Of a stretch of 64,000 bases of DNA, positions 57,934-64,000 are shown in pieces. The translations under genes and the position numbers were made by a program. Location: positions 111,193 through 175,192 of the forward strand of contig JAQBUT010000002.1 in assembly GCA_027623195.1 (NCBI GenBank), given 5' to 3'. Below the pieces are notes generated by a model. The model did no database searches, was not told where the DNA came from, and worked only from the letters and a program-made list of their open reading frames with translations. The stretch's first letter is position 1. Every line of letters begins with the position of its first letter. This DNA comes from Chloroflexota bacterium (GTDB taxonomy: Bacteria; Chloroflexota; Dehalococcoidia; Lucifugimonadales; JADFKI01).

Positions 57934-59880
57934 ATGGATAGCGTCGCCAGACTTAAGCGCCAGCGTCCGTGGCTCCTGATTGGTTCAGGGGTTGTTATCG
58001 GTTTGGCGCTGGTTGCATTTCATTTTCTGCGGCTGGGCGAACCTCAGCCTGTGGGGCTGTACGTCATTTACTGGACGGCAGCGACCTTGTTGGCAGGCCT
58101 CATTATCCTTTTGGGTTACGCCCAGGCAATGACATACGCGATACGTTTGCAGACTCTGGCTGAACTGGCGGATTTGGCGGGCCCATCGCCTGAGGCCGAT
58201 CAGGTTGTCGCAGGGTTTCGTGGCGCATTGGAGACTATGTACGGTGTGAGTTTGACGGCGTTTGTGGACGCTAACGGAGACGTCTGTATTCCTAATCTCA
58301 CAGATGATGATTACAGCATTCGGGAGGCCTTCAATCGGCTAATTGAAGGCGCTGGAAACGCAGATTTCCGGCTTGATAAGGCTACAGGGACAAATGCTTC
58401 TGATATTGAGGATATCGTGGGCGAATCGGTAGGCTCCGCCCTGGGGGAGTCTCTGGTCATTTTGCCTGGGAATCTGCCGGGCTCTCTGGCTGGCACGGCG
58501 CTTCTGACGGGGCCCCGCAGGCAACACTTTGATGCGGAGCAACTCCGTTTTATGGCTCTACTCTGGTCCAACGTAGCCTGGGCCTTCGGGTTTCGACCGG
58601 CTGCTGATGTCGAGGCGGATTCACCGCAAATGGATGAATTTGACGAGCTTTTTTCGCAGATCGCGAGTCCCGGTGACATCAGCGAGATTCTAGAGCGAAT
58701 GGCCATCAGCGCGTCTGAGGCAATCCTGATGAACGAGACTGACGGCGTCGGTCTACTCCTAGCGGATGCTGCCGATGGCAAGTGCATAGCCTCCGGGGGG
58801 ACGGGTAGACTGCTGGACTGGAATTCCAGCTCCGGTATGGCATCCAAACTGGATTTCGAGCCGGGTGACGCCTCCTCCAAAGACCGTGACGTTGTGAATT
58901 ACTCGCTGTCGGGCGACAGCGGGAGCAATGGTCTTTCCCCCACCTTCAAGGGGGCGGTCTTCCTTGAAAGCCTGGGCCTGGACCACCTGCTGGCCGCGCC
59001 TATATTACGGGACGCCGAACTTATCGGGGCACTGGTGGCAGTAAGAGGTTACCCCTACGGAGCCTTTCAGCCGGAGGATGAGGTCAAGCTGATTCAGTTC
59101 GCCTGCGCCGCCTCGCAGCCCATGTACAAGGCGTTGCGACTGGCAAAAGAGATGGACCGCTTGACCCGCCTGGATCGTATGGCAGCCTTCAAGTCGGAGC
59201 TTGTGTACAACATCTCCCACGAACTGCGTACGTCGCTGTCCTCGCTCAAGGCTGCCACCGACATGCTGTTGGAAGGCGATAGCGTCCAGCCAGGTAGCGA
59301 GATCTATGGCCGACTTTTGCACAGCATCTCTCGCAACGTTGGGAGGCAGGAGTCGCTAGTGGCCAACATCGTGGACATGGCGGGCATCGAGGAGTCCTCC
59401 CTGCGACTAAAGTTGGAGCGCGTGGACCTCACCTCTGTGATGACGGAGACAGCCAGCATATTGTCTCCTCTAATCACTCAGAGAAGTCAGACACTGGAAG
59501 TGTCGATAGAGCCAGAACTGCCTCGTATGTTGGCCGACAGACAGAGAATTTCTCAGATACTTGTGAACCTTGTCTCCAATGCCCAGAAGTACTCTCCGGA
59601 AGGTTCGGAAATCGCCTTCAGTGTGGTACGCAAGGGGTCCAATGTACTTTTCACGGTAAGCGACTCTGGCCCGGGTGTGCCTCCGGAGGAAAGGGCTCAG
59701 GTATTTGAGGCGTTCTACAGGGTGCAGGACCAACGATCTCAGGGTGTTTCTGGGAGCGGCCTTGGCCTAGCGATAACCAAGTCACTGGTGGAACTGCACT
59801 CAGGTTCCATTTGGATTGAAGACGGACCTTTGGGCGGGGCCGCCTTTATGGTCTTACTTCCAATAGAAGGCAACGAATGA
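57934..59880 (+). CDS. Membrane-anchored sensor histidine kinase (2 TM, GAF-like regions, HisKA, HATPase)
   Basis: LLAAPILRDAELIGAL...F..EDE (GAF-like), ISHELRTSL (H-box), NLVSNAQKY, DSGPG, GSGLGL. Start uncertain (57841-57934). Confidence 0.92.
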   Translation: MDSVARLKRQRPWLLIGSGVVIGLALVAFHFLRLGEPQPVGLYVIYWTAATLLAGLIILLGYAQAMTYAIRLQTLAELADLAGPSPEADQVVAGFRGALETMYGVSLTAFVDANGDVCIPNLTDDDYSIREAFNRLIEGAGNADFRLDKATGTNASDIEDIVGESVGSALGESLVILPGNLPGSLAGTALLTGPRRQHFDAEQLRFMALLWSNVAWAFGFRPAADVEADSPQMDEFDELFSQIASPGDISEILERMAISASEAILMNETDGVGLLLADAADGKCIASGGTGRLLDWNSSSGMASKLDFEPGDASSKDRDVVNYSLSGDSGSNGLSPTFKGAVFLESLGLDHLLAAPILRDAELIGALVAVRGYPYGAFQPEDEVKLIQFACAASQPMYKALRLAKEMDRLTRLDRMAAFKSELVYNISHELRTSLSSLKAATDMLLEGDSVQPGSEIYGRLLHSISRNVGRQESLVANIVDMAGIEESSLRLKLERVDLTSVMTETASILSPLITQRSQTLEVSIEPELPRMLADRQRISQILVNLVSNAQKYSPEGSEIAFSVVRKGSNVLFTVSDSGPGVPPEERAQVFEAFYRVQDQRSQGVSGSGLGLAITKSLVELHSGSIWIEDGPLGGAAFMVLLPIEGNE

Positions 59881-60569
59881 AAATTCTCATAATAGACGAC
59901 GAGCCGGACATACGGGAGATAATCTCCATAGCCTTTAACCTCCGCTGGCCGGATGCCACGGTGCTTATGGCAGGAAACGGTAAGCAGGGCTTGGAGACGG
60001 CTAACGCTGAAAAGCCGGACCTCGTCATTTTGGATGTGACTCTGCCGGACATCGAGGGATTCGATGTATGCAAACAGATTCGCGCCAATACGGACGTTCC
60101 TGTGATGTTCCTCACCGCGAGAGACTCAGAACTCGACAAGGTCAGGGGACTTGAGGCGGGCGCGGACGACTACATCATCAAGCCTTTTAATCACCTGGAG
60201 CTGTTGGCCCGGGTCCGTGCCATTCTGCGTCGTCACAGGTCTCAAAGCCCCGGTGGGCCAGAATCCCAATACACGAAGGGCAAGCTACAGATAGACTTCG
60301 GCGCTAGGACCGTTACGGTAGACGGAAATGTCGTGGACCTTCCTCCTCTGGAGTACAGCCTTCTCTACCACCTCGTGAAGAACGCCAACAGGGTAATTCC
60401 TCACAAGACTTTGTTGGCCAAGGTGTGGGGACGGGAGTACGTGGACCAGGTGGATTATCTGAAAGTTCATATTCAGCACCTGCGCTCAAAGATCGAAGAT
60501 GACGCTCATCAACCGCGAATGATCGTGACGGAAAGGGGCGTCGGATACCGATTTGTGGAGCCTGAATAA
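59877..60569 (+). CDS. OmpR/KdpE family response regulator (canonical receiver)
   Basis: IIDDE, LVILD, FLTA, YIIKPF, winged helix ending RGVGYRF. ATGA overlap with the kinase. Confidence 0.95.
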   Translation: MKILIIDDEPDIREIISIAFNLRWPDATVLMAGNGKQGLETANAEKPDLVILDVTLPDIEGFDVCKQIRANTDVPVMFLTARDSELDKVRGLEAGADDYIIKPFNHLELLARVRAILRRHRSQSPGGPESQYTKGKLQIDFGARTVTVDGNVVDLPPLEYSLLYHLVKNANRVIPHKTLLAKVWGREYVDQVDYLKVHIQHLRSKIEDDAHQPRMIVTERGVGYRFVEPE

Positions 60570-60743
60570 CCGCCGCTCAGCTTGAGAATGACGCCTACGC
60601 TTATGCATTACATCAGCATTTCTTATACGTTCATGCCTGTTTACTGCGACTGGGGCCGTTGACACTGTTCGCTAAGGGTAGGTATGGTGAATTGACTGTT
60701 TCACAACAAGCTAATTTGTGGAGGGTACCAAGGGGGGTTCATA

Positions 60744-61439
60744 TTGAAGGTCCTGTTTTTCAGTCATGACGGGGACAAGGTCGAGCAACTCGGTCTTGCT
60801 CTTCGATTGCGATGGCCGGATTTACGTCCGCTAATCGCCTCTGAAGGCCGCGTTGGCCTGGAGGTAGTGGAGCGCGAAGAGCCGGATATTATTATCATCT
60901 GCGAAGACCTGCCGGACATGACCGTCTGGGTGGCCATCAAAGAGATTCGACTTTTCTCCGACGCGCCCATAATAGTGGCGTTAGAAACCGACGGTGAAAT
61001 GGAAGTCATCAAGGCGCTAGAGATGGGCGCTGATGAGTTCATTCGCCTCCCATGCAACCTAACCGAGTTTATGGCTCGCGCAGTGGCGATTGTTCGTCGT
61101 GTGGGCCTCACCAAGCAGCGTAGCGACGAGACTCCCATCCGTTGCGGCGATCTGCTGATAAACCCGGCCACGTACGAGGTCTACCTGGCGGACAGCCGAC
61201 TAGTCCTCACCCCCACGGAGTTCAAGCTCCTGTACCTGCTGGCGAAGAATCGGCACGTTACCCTTTCGCAGGATTTCATTCAGAGGGTGATCTGGTCCGA
61301 GGATATCGAAGCAGGCGAGGCTCTAAAGAAGTACATTCAGCGTTTGCGCCGCAAACTAGGCGACGACGCCCGAAATCCTATCTGGATCAAGACGGTTCAC
61401 GGTGTAGGATATCGGTTCGCTGCCACCACGGCAGCCTAG
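60744..61439 (+). CDS. OmpR family regulator with pseudo-receiver domain (phospho-Asp replaced by Cys)
   Basis: FFSHD in place of DD, IIIICEDLPD, FIRLP in place of KP. Intact wHTH LTPTEFKLL...HGVGYRF. Confidence 0.88.
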   Translation: MKVLFFSHDGDKVEQLGLALRLRWPDLRPLIASEGRVGLEVVEREEPDIIIICEDLPDMTVWVAIKEIRLFSDAPIIVALETDGEMEVIKALEMGADEFIRLPCNLTEFMARAVAIVRRVGLTKQRSDETPIRCGDLLINPATYEVYLADSRLVLTPTEFKLLYLLAKNRHVTLSQDFIQRVIWSEDIEAGEALKKYIQRLRRKLGDDARNPIWIKTVHGVGYRFAATTAA

Positions 61440-61610
61440 TTTCTAATAGGGCATTGGGCGTCGGGCTCCTTGCCCTTTATCGGCCTTGAAAACTCCGTTT
61501 CCAATACCCTAGTCACTTGTTACTCACATTTTTTCACCTTAGTGTCCCCCTTTTGGTACTGGCCTTCCCCCATTGAATTCACGGTGCGAGCCCTATAATG
61601 GCTTTGCATT

Positions 61611-62264
61611 ATGGGATATATTCTAATTATAGATACACAAAAAGAAGTTTGTCGCGCTACCGCCGACCTTCTCACCCCCGATGGTTTCGAAGTAATATCC
61701 GAAGTCGATAGTGGTGATGGAATTTCGCGGCTTATGCAGCGTACCCCTGGCCTGGTAATCATGTCCGAGAGCATGCCGCCACTGGACACTATTGAGCTTT
61801 TGCCGTTAGCCCGTCGCCTGACGAGTTCACCGATAATCGTGATCGGCGATGGTGGCGAGACTGCTGTGGTCAAGTGTCTTTTGCAGGGCGCTGATGTTTA
61901 CTTGAGCAAACCGGTGAATTGCAGGGAACTGCACATCAGAGCGCGATCACTGTATCGCGACGAATCTGTAGAGACAAATGAGTACTCTCGAACCCGTACT
62001 CGGTACATGCTGTCTGAGAACGACCTGTCCAAAGGCCTGCTGGCAACGCTTACCAGGACCGAGGAGCGTCTGCTTCGGTGTCTCATGGAGAGCGCTGGCG
62101 AGGTCATCAGGCACGAAGACCTTATGAGCATGGTCTGGGGCGAGACGGTTAAGAAAGAAAGGCTGCGTTTTTACATCCACAGCCTGAGGCGCAAGCTAAT
62201 GTCGGAGTCAATCAGTCTTCTGACGTTGAACGGGATTGGTTATCGCCTGCTGCCCATGGCGTAA
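61611..62264 (+). CDS. OmpR-like regulator with pseudo-receiver domain (phospho-Asp replaced by Ser)
   Basis: IIDTQ, LVIMSESMP, GADVYLSKP. wHTH LTRTEERLL...LRRKL...GIGYRL. Confidence 0.85.
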   Translation: MGYILIIDTQKEVCRATADLLTPDGFEVISEVDSGDGISRLMQRTPGLVIMSESMPPLDTIELLPLARRLTSSPIIVIGDGGETAVVKCLLQGADVYLSKPVNCRELHIRARSLYRDESVETNEYSRTRTRYMLSENDLSKGLLATLTRTEERLLRCLMESAGEVIRHEDLMSMVWGETVKKERLRFYIHSLRRKLMSESISLLTLNGIGYRLLPMA

Positions 62265-62293
62265 GTCAGGCCTCACCTCGGTTTAGCGAGCCT

Positions 62294-62509
62294 CTACCTG
62301 GGCTCATCCAGGTCATCGTCCGACTGCTCATATAGCATAACCACGGTATACCTCTGAATCCCGGTTTCCGCAGACAGCTGTACAACGTCTGTAGGCGAAA
62401 CCGTCACAACGCGAAATTCAGCCCGACCGCTTTCCGACTTTAACCACTCGTTGGCCTGCTGTTCCACGCCAATGGGAGTCGCGGCAGAAAAAATCTTTAT
62501 CTGATACAA
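62294..62509 (-). CDS. Small hypothetical protein, weakly Cse60/DUF2758-like
   Basis: TTG 5 nt after AGGAG. The QIKIF...VEQQANEWL...YTVVMLYE pattern resembles Cse60-type small proteins by eye only. Confidence 0.55.
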   Translation of the reverse strand: MYQIKIFSAATPIGVEQQANEWLKSESGRAEFRVVTVSPTDVVQLSAETGIQRYTVVMLYEQSDDDLDEPR

Positions 62510-62930
62510 GCGCACTCCTGTATTCCCTTAGATTTCTCTGTATTCCCGAGCTGGCCTTAGTGAAATTGTGGCTCGGGCCGTAAAAACCGGACTGCGTGCC
62601 ATGTAATAGTGGCCTCCACCACCCATAAGGCAAAGTTATCATGCTGTTAGCCAAGGCATGACACGTTGTTAAATAAGGGTGTACGTTGCACTCCTCTGCG
62701 GCGCAGCCCCTGGTGATCTCCGCATAGGTGCATTGTCCGAATGATAATTAACGTTAGTTAATATTGTACATAATTGTGGGATATACGAAACCTTGTTTAT
62801 GGCGTTATATGCTTTCTTATCTTGATATTTCGGAACCGAGATTGGGCTCGTGTGGGCGGCAGGCCGCAGCATGTCGAATCTTCGCTTGCATAACGTCACA
62901 ACCCGCCTATGGAGCGCCTGATGATTAGCT

Positions 62931-64000
62931 ATGAATGATAGTCCCCAGTGCGCTAACTGCTTTCAGGATATTTCAATGACCCCCGTTTTCGAGAATGGGG
63001 AGGTCTACTGCTGCGATGGCTGCGTTATAGGCGGCCCGTGCGTTTGCACGTATGACGGCCCTCCCATGAAGCTGGATACCAAAAGCATTCTGGCATCGGC
63101 AGGCTACGATTTGGAAGCTTTGGCTGCCGAGTTGTCCGTGTGTGCCAACTGCTTCGAGGAGTTCACACGAGAGCCGGTGTACGCCAAAGATATAGCCTAC
63201 TGTTGTAAGGGTTGCATACGCGGTGGTCCGTGCGCCTGTACCTACGGTGAGGCATCCAAAGCACCCGAGAATGTGCCAGCTATCAAGCATGAACTAGACC
63301 TCGAAGAGCCTATATTCGCGGGCTTTGAAGTCGAGATTGTTCCGGAGGCGCAGGTCGGCGGAGATGCACCTGGCTTCTTAAAGACGAACAGCTTGTGGGA
63401 ACAGATCTCTCAATGGGACGATATAACCCCTGACGACGAAGCAGAGTATGAAGAGCAGAGGGTGAACGACCTCTGGCTGCTCCGACAGGAAATTACGGGT
63501 CTAGAAGAATCTGAAGAGAACGAAGGGCAAGATATTGAGAGGCCTGCGTACGTTCCGCAGGAACCGCAGCCGTTCGATTTGGATGTCGATCTGGACATCG
63601 ACCTGGCCATTGATTCCCCCCTGCAGTCGGTTGTGCAGCGCGGGACATACAAGGTCGTAGCTTCCCCTTTGGATGAGGTAACCGACGTTCGCACCTTCAC
63701 GTCCGCGCTGGACTCAACGCCTTCGGTGGAGAGCGCGATCCTGACCCACTACAGTGGTGATGTCGCCACCTTCGAGATCGAGGCCCGCAACCTGGATAGG
63801 GTCATTCGTGAGTTGGTGGAGGGCGACTACTACCCGATCCGAAGTTTCAATATGACATCCGAAGGCTTGGAGTTGACGCTGCGTTCCAAGGCTGGTGACC
63901 TGCTGGCCACAGCCGGGCAGCGGGAACTAGAATCCCAGGCCCCAGATTACGAGGCCCCTCCCTTGGCCAGATGGGACGGCGCAGCATATGACGCAGGCTC
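62931..64000 (+). CDS. Hypothetical protein with two tandem N-terminal 7-Cys metal-finger (metallothionein/TRASH-like) repeats, acidic linker and a small alpha/beta domain; 3' end outside the window
   Basis: Not in the ORF track because it has no stop in the window. Hand translation: MNDSPQCANCFQDISMTPVFENGEVYCCDGCVIGGPCVCTYDG...VCANCFEEFTREPVYAKDIAYCCKGCIRGGPCACTYGE..., open for 356 codons to the edge. Confidence 0.85.
   Translation, partial: MNDSPQCANCFQDISMTPVFENGEVYCCDGCVIGGPCVCTYDGPPMKLDTKSILASAGYDLEALAAELSVCANCFEEFTREPVYAKDIAYCCKGCIRGGPCACTYGEASKAPENVPAIKHELDLEEPIFAGFEVEIVPEAQVGGDAPGFLKTNSLWEQISQWDDITPDDEAEYEEQRVNDLWLLRQEITGLEESEENEGQDIERPAYVPQEPQPFDLDVDLDIDLAIDSPLQSVVQRGTYKVVASPLDEVTDVRTFTSALDSTPSVESAILTHYSGDVATFEIEARNLDRVIRELVEGDYYPIRSFNMTSEGLELTLRSKAGDLLATAGQRELESQAPDYEAPPLARWDGAAYDAG

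Noticed and set aside
62973..63700. Minus-strand ORFs 62973-63290 and 63410-63700
   Set aside because: They are antisense to the uninterrupted plus-strand frame starting at 62931, which carries the conserved duplicated Cys motif.

Overview
This is a 64 kb gene-dense bacterial chromosomal window. The gene content suggests, by inference, a Dehalococcoidia/SAR202-type Chloroflexota: two luciferase-like monooxygenases, paired class III CoA-transferases, two ThDP enzymes, an enolase-superfamily enzyme, an NHL protein, DUF3500, Dehalococcoidia-style AtpB/AtpF sequences and 'LRWPD' response regulators. Most genes are catabolic or housekeeping (korAB divergent from sucCD, upp, tRNA-Ser(TGA), MscS, MFS, VIT1, GGT, TcuA). 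I see no CRISPR array, integrase, transposase or phage genes. The most unusual items are: (1) a stand-alone two-gene ATP-synthase stator module, a divergent subunit a followed directly by a b/delta-C-terminal fusion, with no c subunit or F1 genes; (2) a signalling island at the right end, with a histidine kinase, one canonical and two pseudo-receiver OmpR regulators, then a gene absent from the ORF track that starts with two tandem 7-Cys metal-finger repeats; (3) two unknown membrane proteins built from three copies of one module, divergent from a mycoredoxin-like/TrxR fusion, a CxxC protein and a Crp/Fnr regulator; (4) two genes each broken by a single in-frame TAA; (5) two dispersed palindromic repeat families and two candidate structured RNAs found by hand folding. 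All family calls come from motif recognition; no database searches were run.
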